A stretch of 63,969 nucleotides of DNA, filler included, from Octopus bimaculoides (lineage: Eukaryota): NCBI RefSeq assembly GCF_001194135.2. It is 5 parts of 4 records of this genome, joined end to end, with 100 filler letters (N's around TTAATTAATTAA, not from the genome) between each part and the next. Parts side by side here need not be neighbours in the genome. Positions count along the whole stretch, not along the records: positions 42,135 to 62,850 come from NC_068986.1; positions 62,951 to 63,969 come from NW_026304009.1; 3 more parts are not named here. One strand, given 5' to 3'. The notes below the pieces were generated by a model. That model was not told the DNA's origin. It ran no database searches and saw nothing but the letters and a program-made list of their open reading frames with translations. Shown one piece after another: positions 52,331 through 63,249 of this stretch. Position 1 is the stretch's first letter; the number at the start of each line of letters is the position of its first letter. The position numbers and the translations under genes were made by a program.

Positions 52331-52734
52331 CCCTTATCTTTGGCCACCTTACCTTCTCTCTCTCTCTACACCCACTCTTTATTTCTCTCTTTCTCCTATT
52401 CCCCTTTCTAGTGACCTGAGCAAAAGTACATAACCTGGGTTATTGAGTTCTCTCTACACTTATATTTACACTCCTACCCTCCTACTCTGGAATGAGATGA
52501 TTGACACACAGTTGACTGGACACTGAAGCTGTTTCATCAACAGTATTTTCTGGCACTAGAGGCAAACACACAGAAATATACACATACAGACAGAATGAGA
52601 GACATTATAATTCATTAATCAAACTTGATTAATGTAAACACATTTCCTATATATATATATTTTATAATATAAATAAAACATAAAAAACAGAGTTGGAACT
52701 CTTTTAAATAATAGATAGATAGATAGCTAAGCAT

Positions 52735-52930
52735 TCCGGTGTCATGCCAGTGGCACGTAAAAACACTCATTACACTCTTGGAGTGGTTGGCATTAGGAAG
52801 GACATCCAGCTGTAGAAAACCATGCCAAATCAGACAGGAGTCTGGTGCAGCCTTCCAGCATGGCAGCCCAGTCAAACTGTCCAACTTATGCCACCATAGA
52901 CAACAGACATTAAATAATGATGACGATGAT
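52735..52930 (+). mobile_element. Family C repeat
   Basis: GGAGTGGTTGGCATTAGGAAGGACATCCAGCTGTAGAAA..ATTAAATAATGATGACGATG. Confidence 0.8.
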
Positions 52931-53142
52931 ACACACAGACACACACAACAAGCTTCCACACAGTTTCTACCAAATGCACTTACAAGGCACTCAATGGCCT
53001 GAAACTAGTAGAAAGCAGCAAGGTGCTGTGATGTGGGATTGAGCCCCAAACTACATGGTTGCTAAGTGAGCTTCTTAACCACAAAGTCAAGCCAAACATG
53101 CCCCCACCCATAAAGAAAGGCAAGGGAGAGAATGAGAGAAAT

Positions 53143-53318
53143 ATTGGTTCCAAATTTTAACACATGGCCAGCAATTTCCGGGAAGGGCATACATCAATTA
53201 CATCAACCCCCCATTGCTCAACTGGTATATACTGTATCGACCTCACAAGGATGACAGGCAAAGTCAACTTCAGAGAAATTTTAACTGGCATGCTAACGAT
53301 TCTGCCAGCATGCTGCCT
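53143..53318 (-). mobile_element. SINE family A (CpG-decayed)
   Basis: GTATCGACCTCACAAGGATGACAGGCAAAGTCAACTTC..GCTAACGATTCTGCCAGC. Confidence 0.8.
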
Positions 53319-53724
53319 TGAAGAATGAGGGAAATATTAAAATGTCCTAATGTCATGTAGGTCAGCCTCGAATTTGTGGCGCCGAGTAGACAGGGTCAAA
53401 ATGGATGCACCACAACATCTCACACTCCACTACTCTTGTACAACCATTTCAGTCATTACCATTCTCTCACACTTTTCCCAGCTTTAGGCTACAGAGAACT
53501 CTTCATATTTTGCATTGCACAAGGCTCCTGATCTGGTGTACACACTGTAAAGTGGTTGGCTAGAGAGGAGCAGAAAATAAGCAAGGGTGTGAGGTCTCTC
53601 TAGTCTTGTCTCCTTGAAGATCATTCAACCTTTCTAGCATTGGTGCCACAAGAAAATGCACTGTGTATACCATGAAAAACAATTGACAAAATGAAGGGTA
53701 CCCAACCATAGAAATTAAATCAAA

Positions 53725-53835
53725 TCAGATTGGAGCCTGGTGTAGCCATCGGGTTTCACCAGTCCTCAGCCAAATCGTCCAACCCATGCTAGCATGGAAA
53801 GCGGACGTTAAACGATGATGATGATGATGATGAAC
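53725..53835 (+). mobile_element. Family C 3' end
   Basis: AAATCAGATTGGAGCCTGG..GCTAGCATGGAAAGCGGACGTTAAACGATGATG. Confidence 0.85.
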
Positions 53836-53950
53836 ACCATACAAGCACCAGTCCATGGGAGTAGTGGCCTTCAGTGAAAGGGAACTTGAACTGTGATAAT
53901 CAGACTAACCCATGCCAGTAAATAAAAACAGATGAAAAGTGCTGATGATG

Positions 53951-53984
<34 letters not shown>

Positions 53985-54567
53985 TGTTGCACAGTATCCC
54001 ACTCATGAGGGATCGATGCTAGACGGGTCGAAATGATGGTAGTGATCAATAAAAATTCTCAAATATTACATCTTCTGTCTCTCTCATTAATTTTATATAT
54101 ATATATATAAAATCTATTTGATACCTGATACAAATATTGGCTGGTTGGTTGGTTGGTTGGTTAAGTGATTTCTCCACTCATGCTTTGCATCGTATAATGA
54201 AAGAGGGTGAGAGAGAATAAAGATAAGATACAGAGAGACTTAACATAAGAGGTAGAGGATGAATACACATACCAGGCTTGGTGGCAGGCAATGAGTAAAG
54301 GAATGCTACACACAAAACATACACATGCAGAGAAAAAAACCACAGAGACAGATTGAGACATCTGTTGTAAAAATAAAGGAAGATATGTAAAAATGACTGC
54401 AAACTGACAATTCATTTCAAACTTTTGTAAACTTTAAATAAATATAAATGTGCATGCACACACACGTGTGTGTGTGTGTATACATATATATATAAATATA
54501 TATATACACATATGTATACATACATACACTTTATCATACTTTTACAAACAAGAGGTTAACCAAGACT

Positions 54568-55352
54568 CAGGAGTGGCTGTGTGGTAAGAGGCTTGCTTCC
54601 TAACCACATGGTTTCCGGTTTAGTCCCACCATGTGGCACCTTGGGCAAGGGTCTTCTACTATAGACTTGGGCCGACCAAAGCCTTGTGAGTGGNNNNNNN
54701 NNNNNNNNNNNNNNNNNNNNNNNNNNNNNNNNNNNNNNNNNNNNNNNNNNNNNNNNNNNNNNNNNNNNNNNNNNNNNNNNNNNNNNNNNNNNNNNNNNNN
54801 NNNNNNNNNNNNNNNNNNNNNNNNNNNNNNNNNNNNNNNNNNNNNNNNNNNNNNNNNNNNNNNNNNNNNNNNNNNNNNNNNNNNNNNNNNNNNNNNNNNN
54901 NNNNNNNNNNNNNNNNNNNNNNNNNNNNNNNNNNNNNNNNNNNNNNNNNNNNNNNNNNNNNNNNNNNNNNNNNNNNNNNNNNNNNNNNNNNNNNNNNNNN
55001 NNNNNNNNNNNNNNNNNNNNNNNNNNNNNNNNNNNNNNNNNNNNNNNNNNNNNNNNNNNNNNNNNNNNNNNNNNNNNNNNNNNNNNNNNNNNNNNNNNNN
55101 NNNNNNNNNNNNNNNNNNNNNNNNNNNNNNNNNNNNNNNNNNNNNNNNNNNNNNNNNNNNNNNNNNNNNNNNNNNNNNNNNNNNNNNNNNNNNNNNNNNN
55201 NNNNNNNNNNNNNNNNNNNNNNNNNNNNNNNNNNNNNNNNNNNNNNNNNNNNNNNNNNNNNNNNNNACCGATAGAATAAGTACCAGGCTTAAAAAATAAG
55301 TACTAGGGTCAATTCATTCAGCTAAAAATTCAAGGTGGTGCCCCAGCATGAC
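54568..55352 (+). mobile_element. SINE family B spanning an N gap
   Basis: Head before the gap (CAGGAGTGGCTGTGTGGTAAG..CCTTGGGCAAG), tail after the gap (ACCGATAGAATAAGTACCAGGC..CCCAGCATG). Confidence 0.8.
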
Positions 55353-55544
55353 TGCAGTCATGTATATTCTGCTTAAATGGAAGCCAAAACTTCAAAAATG
55401 CTGGCAGCCATTTCCTTGCAAAAGTTTATGCTAAATTCTTGCTTCAGCATGGCCACAGCCTTAGGGCTGAAAACATATAAAAGAATAACTTTACAAAAAA
55501 AAATACAAATATATATATATATTCTTGGATTCTTGTATTTTTCA

Positions 55545-55890
55545 TTCTTGTGTTTTTCAGTCATTTGACTGTGGCCATGCTGGAGCACCGCCTTTGGTCG
55601 AACAAATCGACCCCAAGGCTTATTCTTTGTTAAGCCTAGTACTTATTCAGTCAGTCTCTTTTGCCAAACCGCTAAGTTAAGGGGGCATAAACACACCAAC
55701 ATCAGTTGTCAAGCAACGGTGGGGAGACAAACACAGAGACACAAACATATACATATATATATATATACGACAGGCTTCATTCAGTTTCCGTCAACCAAAT
55801 CCACTCTCAAGACTTTGGTCAACCCAAGGTGCCACACAGTGGGACTGAACCTGGAACCATGTGGTTGGGAAGCAAGATTCTTACCACACA
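55545..55890 (-). mobile_element. SINE family B, near full length
   Basis: Reverse complement of head, microsatellite and tail. Confidence 0.88.
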
Positions 55891-56199
55891 TCCACACCTG
55901 CACCTATAAATATGAGAGAGAGAAAGAGAGAGTGGGAGACAGAGAGAAAGAACTCCAGTTTGGTGTAACATCACCAATGTTGATTCCTATAAACTCCTGA
56001 AAAATACACCTTTTTAAAAAGGAATTTTGCAGAAATAGCTTTATAATGGAATAGATTGAAATTACAAAATTGATAAAAATTAAGGAAAATAATAACATAT
56101 TTATGGCAAATATACAAATGAAAAATCTGATTTATGAAATTTTAATTTAACATTTAGGCATTTAAACCAACCAACAACTCACATGTTTCTGTTCTCTTT

Positions 56200-56620
56200 C
56201 TTTTCGACTCTCTCACCTTCTCTCTCTCTGGTTGGGTAGCCATATATCTCCTCTACAGCAAGACCTCCCTTTCTGTCTCTTTTCATCATCTGGCACAAGA
56301 TCACCTCCTCCAATTCCCCCTCCCCTTTCAAAGATTCCTTGTCTTGCGGGTGCCACTTAAAAAGCATCCTGTTCACACTGTAAAGTGGTTAGCATTTGGA
56401 AGGGCATCCAGCAGTGAAAAACCATGTCAAAACTGACCTCACCTGTGCTGGTGCCACGTAAAAAGTACTCAGCCCACTCTGTGGGGTGGTTGGTGTTCGG
56501 AAGAGCATCCAGCTGTAAAAAAAACAGAAGTATGGTGCAGGCTTCTGCCTAGCCAGCTCCTGTCAAACTGTCCGACCCATGTCAGCATAGAGGGAAGACA
56601 TTAAATGATGATGATGATGA
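56200..56620 (+). mobile_element. Long family C copy with internal duplication
   Basis: GTAAAGTGGTT..GGAAGGGCATCCAGC occurs twice; (GAT)n tail. Confidence 0.7.
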
Positions 56621-56624
56621 TAAT

Positions 56625-56817
56625 TACCAGCCCAAATATTCTACTTGTTCTATGTTCAAACTGGCCAGATTCAGCCACTCACACCAACTCTATAATGTCA
56701 TTCTAAAAATAAGCATCATCATCAAGATCCTAAAGCTATGAACTAATGCATGAATACTTCAAAACAGTGTCAATGAAAAAGCATTACATTTGACAGAGTA
56801 ATCTGAATGCTAAAGGG
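56625..56817. mobile_element. piggyBac-like MITE, one end truncated
   Basis: Ends GAATGCTAAAGGG|TTAA; homologous to 49689-50305. Confidence 0.75.
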
Positions 56818-56999
56818 TTAAGGTGATATTTCTTTTCTGAAAATTAGCATGCATTACATCACTTTGCGCAAGCACCAAGAAACTTGATAAAAGTTAAATC
56901 AAGAATATTCTATGTAAACTATATTTCTTGATACCACATTCAGTGTTGAAAGTATACTTTCACACTTGTCATACAATAGGTAGCACTCATTATCAATTA

Positions 57000-57300
57000 T
57001 TATCATCATCATTTTAATGTCAACTTTTCCACGCCTGCATGGATTAGATGAAGTGTATTCAGACAGATTTTCTATGGCTGGGTGCCCATCCTCTCACCAA
57101 TTCCAACCTGCTTCTAAACAAGCTAATATTTCCCCCATGGTCAGACATGATTTTGTAGCATATTGGAAATGAATTACAGTAATTTATGCAACAATCACAG
57201 GATGGCAAGACAAAGAGACAAAAACATATACACAAGTATATGATGGGCTTTTTTCAGTTTCTGTCAAACAAATCCACTCACAAGGTTTTGTTGGCCCAGG
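57000..57300 (-). mobile_element. Composite B-head/D-tail SINE
   Basis: CATCATCATTTTAA..GATTTTCTATGGC.GG.TGCCC..AATATTTCCCC then TTCAGTTTCTGTC..AAATCCACTCACAAGG. Confidence 0.7.
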
Positions 57301-57317
57301 ATTGTATATATATATAT

Positions 57318-57810
57318 ACATCATCATTTAACGTCCGCTTTCCATGCTGGCATGGGTTGGACGGTTTGACTGAGGACTGGTGAACCAGAAGGTTGCACCA
57401 GGCTCTAATCTGATCTGGCAGAGTTTCTACAGCTGGATGCTCTTCCTAATGCTAACCACTCCGAGAGTGTAGTGGGTGCTTTTATGTGCCACCAGCATGA
57501 GGTCCAGTCAGGTGGTACTGGCAACGGCCACGCTCAAATGGTGTTTTTTACGTGCCACCTGCACAGGAGCCAGTCCAGCGGCACTGGCAATGACCTCACT
57601 CGAATATTGTTTTTCACATGCCACCAGCACAAATGCCAGTAAGGTGATGCTGGTAACGATCACACTCAAATGGTGCTTTTTACGTACCACCGGCAAGGGA
57701 GCCAGTCAGTGGCCCTGGCAACGATGACTCTCAGATGGTGCTCTTAGCACTCCACTAGCAAGGATGCCAGTCATGCGGTGCTGTCATCAAATTTGATTTC
57801 AATTTCACTT
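57318..57810 (-). mobile_element. Family C repeat carrying five 66-bp tandem units
   Basis: Core at 57318-57480; GTGCCACC-like anchors at 57486, 57552, 57618, 57684 and 57749. Confidence 0.88.
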
Positions 57811-57862
57811 GCCTTATACATATATTCTGTAAATTTTGTAAATAATAACTATAAGCTTTAAG

Positions 57863-57902
<40 letters not shown>

Positions 57903-57929
57903 GAAGCCAAAACAGACACAGAAGCATAG

Positions 57930-58125
57930 TGGAAGTTCCTACCTGGTCAGCTCCTATCAAACTGTCTAAGCCATGTCAGCATGGAAGGAAGACGTTAAAC
58001 GATGTTAATGATATATATAGAAAGGGCATCCAGCCATAGAAACCATACCACAATAGACAATTGGAGTCTGGACAGCTCCGGATTGGTCAGCTCCTGTCAA
58101 ACCATCCAACCCATGCCAGTATGGA
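57930..58125 (+). mobile_element. Two tandem decayed family C 3' fragments
   Basis: CAGCTCCT.TCAAAC..TC.AA.CCATG.CAG.ATGGAA repeated. Confidence 0.65.
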
Positions 58126-58392
58126 ATAGACAGGCAAAGCAAAAAACAGTTCAACTATGAAGACAACAGAAGTCCAAGGAACATTCACAGTTAATTTTAT
58201 AAGTTTGAGAAAAAAAGTTCCAAAGTGAAGTTTGAAGGAAAATGTTCCAAAGTGAAAGCTAGAGAGTAAAAGTATGACAATTCAGGCAAATCCCTCCGAT
58301 GGATATGCAGAGGAAAGTCCAGCGAAGAGGAGAAAGAGATAAGAAAAGAGAGCCAGAGTAACTCGCAAATTCATTCAAACATATAAAATAAT

Positions 58393-58596
58393 CCTTTCTA
58401 CTATAAGCACAAGGCCTGAAATTTGGGGGAGGTGTGTAGTTGATCATATCGACCCTAGGAGTTAACTGATACTGTTTCATTGATCCTAAAAGGATGAAAA
58501 GTAAAGTTAACCTTGGTGGAATTTGAATTCAGAATGTAAAGATGGACACAATGCTGCTAAGCATTTTGCCTGGCATGCTAACAATTCTGCCAGCTC
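58393..58596 (-). mobile_element. SINE family A (CpG-decayed)
   Basis: GCACAAGGCCTGAAATTTGGGGG..AAAGGATGAAAAGTAAAGT..GGAATTTGAATTCAGAATGTAAAG. Confidence 0.85.
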
Positions 58597-58830
58597 ATCA
58601 TCATCATCATCCTTTAACTTCTGTTTTCGATGCTGGTTTTCTATGATGGTTTGACTAAAGCTGCCAAGCTGGAGAACTGCAACAGGTTCCAGTCTGAATT
58701 GGGGTCAGTTTTTACAATAGGATGCCCTTCCTAACACCCACCACTTTACAGAGAGTGTGCTGGGTATTTTTACATGGTGCTGGCACATGTGTAATAACAT
58801 GGCACCAACATGGGTGCTTGTTAAGTGGTG
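58597..58830 (-). mobile_element. Decayed family C repeat
   Basis: (CAT)n tail, GGATGCCCTTCCTAAC..CCACTTTACAGAGAGTGTGCTGGG. Confidence 0.7.
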
Positions 58831-58874
58831 CTGGCAAAGGTCTCTTGCAGGCTAATCCTCTTCACACATACACA

Positions 58875-59280
58875 CAGAATATAGCTGTATACTTAAGAAA
58901 CCCATTAAGCAACTATTTGGTTGTGAGTTCAGTCCTACTGCAACTGTGTCTTGGGCAGGTTGTCTTCAACTTCAATCCCATATTGACCAATGTCTTATGA
59001 GTAAATTTGGTATACAGAAACTATAAAAAGCCCCTTGTGGATTATACATGAATGCATGAGAGTACGTATGTGTCTTCACCATGTCATGGTATCTGCAGTT
59101 TAATTGAAAGCAAATTACAACATTCATACGAATGATGTGATTCATTTGCAATGTTCAATGAAAAACATGTCTAATCTAGCAACTGAGCTGTTCAGAGGGA
59201 CTAGGAGAAATATTACTAGGAATAGGAATATACAAATTGTTGAGGGTGGTTGCTCGGAAGCATCCAATCATAGTAAAATA
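58875..59280 (+). mobile_element. Old composite B-head/D-tail SINE
   Basis: GAGTTCAGTCCTACTGC..CTTGGGCAGG..AGAAACTATAAAAAGCCC followed by decayed D tail. Confidence 0.6.
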
Positions 59281-59499
59281 TGATTCAACAGGTTTTGGCT
59301 GATCACTGTAAACATGGAATCATAATTGCTATCACACAAACACATACACACATCACATAATATACATATATATATAACCATGTATCTCCCTATAGTAAAA
59401 CATGTGTTCCGGTCCCTCGATAATACTTTAGATCCAGCTTCCAGTAACTTAAAAGTGAGCCCTGATGCATCGTCATTAGCATATTTTCTCTATTCCAGT

Positions 59500-59835
59500 C
59501 AAGGTAGCCATATACTTCCCAACAGCAAGACACCTGTTCCTGTGCCTCTATCATCCTTTAGCCTCTCGTTACCCAGCTTAAAACCATCATCCTCAACACC
59601 TATCCACCTCAATTGAAGGTGAGGGGACTTGCTATGTGAGCTACTTGTTGACACTACTAGTGCCACAGAGAAAGCACCCAGTACCCTCTGTAAAGTGGTT
59701 GACTTAAAGTTAGGCATCCAGCCATAGAAACTATACCAAAGTAGACATCAGAATTTTGATGCAATCCTCTTCACTAGCTTGTCAAACCATCCAACCCATG
59801 ATAACATGGAAACAGAAATTAAATCATGATGACGA
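59500..59835 (+). mobile_element. Decayed long family C copy
   Basis: GCAAGACACCTGTT..CACTAGTGCCAC..AAGCACCCAGTAC.CTCTGTAAAGTGGTTG..CAACCCATG. Confidence 0.6.
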
Positions 59836-60769
59836 TACACACACACACACAGATACGCAGACATGGCTTTCAGGTTCTGTCCCATACTACAGTACTTAGG
59901 GCAAGTGTTTTCAACTATAGCACAGTAAATGTACTCCACACACACAAGGGTTTTCAGGATCAAGCCTTATGGCATTTAGGGCAAGCATATTCAACCATAG
60001 CCCAGTGAGCTTTACTTTTATCCATTCTCTAACACCAGCTATCACTTCATTCCCTGCCTACTATTATCATCTAACACTCTAGCCTTTGTCTGCCTCCACT
60101 GTTACCAATCACCCTTCTCACCTCCACCTCAGACACTCACTCACAGCTACCATACTCTTGTTCTCCTAACACATTCTAGTTCAAGCTGTCACTGCTTTCT
60201 TTCTCCTGTACACCTGCGTAGCCACACTGTCTTGAGCAAAAAATATATCTTGCTGAAACCACAACAAAGTGCAAGACAGAGATTCCATACAACTCAATGT
60301 TAGGCTCTCAGCACTAGAGAGGTGTCATGTCCTCATCAAGACCAAATAACGACGCCCTCAGCCTTACTTGTTATACAGTGTTTGTCATCAAAGAAGTACT
60401 AAAGATGTAACCATGTTTGTGATATGACTAAAGAGACTGACCACTCGCCAACCTCTTTATACAGAAATATGAGCGATAGAGGTATGAATGAGAGTAAAAT
60501 GGGATAAGAGGAAGGTGTGACTGTTGGGTGAGTCTAAGGGGCATTCAATATTCTGAGAAAGATACATACATTCAACATGTGACAAAAACAATAGAGAAAT
60601 AACAGAAGGTAACATGACCCAGGAGATAGAGTAATGACTTGGATGCAAAAAAGAAAAGAAAGACAAGTATGATGGTAACAAAGTACAAAATGGGACAGTG
60701 AAAATAGAGTATGATGGACATAATTGGTCCAATATAGCCGGATATGATTTCAAGTTATCTTTAATTTTC

Positions 60770-61090
60770 CACTTCTTTCAGTTATTGGACTGTGGCTACT
60801 CTGGGACACTATCTTGAAGAGTTGAGACAAACAAATTGACCCCAACACTTTGGTTTTCTTTAAGTCTGGTACTTATTCTATTGACCTCTTTTGCCAAACT
60901 GCAGAGCTATGGGGACATGAATAAGCCAAAAGTAATGGTGGAGATACAAACGCAAACTCACACATACATATACACACACACGACAGGCTTCCACACAGTT
61001 TCTACCAAATTCACATACAAGGTACTCAATGGCGTAAGATTATAGCAGAAGGCACCAAACAACATAGTTACAAAGTGAGCTTCTTAACCA
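60770..61090 (-). mobile_element. Decayed SINE family B
   Basis: GTACTTATTCTATTGACCTCTTTTGCCAAACTGC..CAGTTTCTACCAAATTCAC..GAGCTTCTTAACC. Confidence 0.7.
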
Positions 61091-62009
61091 GAAAGCCAAG
61101 CCATGACAAGCAATATAATGAATACATGCCTCCATTTGCTCATCTCCCAACCCTTCATTCATTTTCCCATACAATCTTGTTAACCACTCACCTACATACT
61201 TCTGCCTTGTAGGGCCACCTGGGCACCTTACTGCCATCATCTATGTCTTGCAGTTCTTATCGATCATTTTCTTTATATCTCTCCACCCCCACCCTTTCCC
61301 CTGCTAGATGTGGCCAGAGCAGGTTCCCTCTGCAGGAATCTGCTCTGGACCCCACCTCTTATGGTAATCGCCCCTCACCGCCTAGCACAAAGCTGAGCCC
61401 CACCCACCCCAGATTCATAATCCTGTGAACTACATGGCCACCCTAAAATGTGTAAGGGGCATACAAAACAATGATAAAGTGGTTGGAATTAGGAAGGGTA
61501 TCGAGCTATAAAAACCATGACAAAGCAGACAATATAGTACAATGCAATCCTTGGACACCTCAGATCCTGTCAAACTGTCCAACCTATGCCATCAAGAAAC
61601 AGAGATGTTAAATGATGATCTTGCTGCCCCTCACCTTCAACCTACCTATTGCATACCACCTCTTTTGACTACCTTTTCGCCAATCATATCCCTCAATCTT
61701 TCATTTCCCCATCACCTGCAGTGAATATGACCTCTTTATCACTCTGACTACCTCCCTCCTATAAAAAAAGGAAATAAGTAAAAGACACTGCATCCAACCA
61801 TCTTCATGTTCCTGCCACACTTTCCCATTTCTAGGTCATGTGCAGAAAACTACTTCTTGGCCACCTGACCCAATGGTGTACTCTCAGGGCTTACTTAATA
61901 TTCTCTACACTCACACCCACCCATCTCTCTCTCTCTCTGATTCTTAACTCTAGTTTACATGCCTAAGGTTACTAAGTAAGCCACATGTACTGAGTACAAA
62001 GCACACCAT

Positions 62010-62373
62010 CACTTTAATGTTTGAGCCAGCCGGTGCCCCTGGACTGGCTCATGTGCGGGTGACACATGAAATCTTTCGAGCGAGATCGTTGCCAGTGCCC
62101 CTGGACTGGCTCTTGTGTGGGTGGCACAAGAAATGCACCATTTTGAGCGTGGCCGTTGCCAGTACCGCCTGACTGGCCTTCATACGGGTGACAGGTAAAA
62201 GCACCCACTACACTCTCTTAGTGGTTGGAGTTAGGAAAGGCATCCAGCTGTAGAAACTCTGCCAAATCAGATTGGAGCCTGGTGTAGCCATCTGGTTTCA
62301 CAAGTCCTCAGTCAAATCGTCCAACCCATGCTAGCATGGAAAGCAGACGTTAAACAATGATGATGATGATGAT
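62010..62373 (+). mobile_element. Family C repeat with three 66-bp-type units
   Basis: CCAGTGCCCCTGGACTGGCTC units, core and (GAT)n tail. Confidence 0.88.
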
Positions 62374-62389
62374 ACATAAAATACACCAT

Positions 62390-62410
62390 TTTGAGCGTAT
62401 ATATATAAAC

Positions 62411-62485
<75 letters not shown>

Positions 62486-62615
62486 TATATATATAATATA
62501 TATAAATCTAAATATATGTACAATATATATAAATAAATATGTCTATATAATATATATACATATATGTCTATATAAATATATATATAATACATATAAATAT
62601 ATATATAATACATAA
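62390..62615. repeat. (AT)n-derived low-complexity tract
   Basis: Direct. Confidence 0.9.
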
Positions 62616-62616
62616 A

Positions 62617-62850
62617 TCATCATCATCATCATCGTCGTTTAACTTCCGCTTTCCATGCTAGCATGGGTTGGACGATTTGACTGAGGACTGGTGAAACCGG
62701 ATGGCAACACCAGGCTCCAGTCTGATTTGGCAGAGTTTCTACAGCTGGATGCCCTTCCTAACGCCAACCACTCAGAGAGTGTAGTGGGTGCTTTTACGTG
62801 TCACCCGCACGAAAACGGCCACGCTCGAAATGGTGTCTTTTATGTGCCAC
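62617..62850 (-). mobile_element. Family C repeat, inverted relative to 62010-62373
   Basis: Near-identical reverse complement of the upstream copy. Confidence 0.9.
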
Positions 62851-62950
62851 NNNNNNNNNNNNNNNNNNNNNNNNNNNNNNNNNNNNNNNNNNNNTTAATT
62901 AATTAANNNNNNNNNNNNNNNNNNNNNNNNNNNNNNNNNNNNNNNNNNNN
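62851..62950. other. Artificial scaffold linker N44-TTAATTAATTAA-N44
   Basis: Same 100-nt layout. Confidence 0.9.
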
Positions 62951-63249
62951 TTAAATAAATAACTACATTGGAAAATAGGAATTATCACTGGCAATAGGTG
63001 AGTAGTGATGGAGCTCTCTACATGGTAGGCTATAATGAAAGGGCTTTTAGCATTTTATAGAAGTAAAACACAGATTACAGAAATGTACTTGCATAGCAAG
63101 CATTTTGATCTGAGTTCATGTGCTAAGACTAAAAGGATTGCAGTGTGGAAGACATACGTTAACCATTCAGAAATGCACAAAGACTGTCAACTTCATTTAA
63201 ATATGTAAACTATGATTAAGTGAAGCTGACAGTCACTCTGTGTTTCCAA

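Noticed and set aside
57481-57790. CRISPR-like array
   Set aside because: Whole units are homologous with no unique spacers, it lies inside a eukaryotic retroposon, and there are no cas genes
60220-60265. TTGA-GCAA...TTGC-TGAAAC hairpin resembling a hammerhead
   Set aside because: The CUGANGA core is not present
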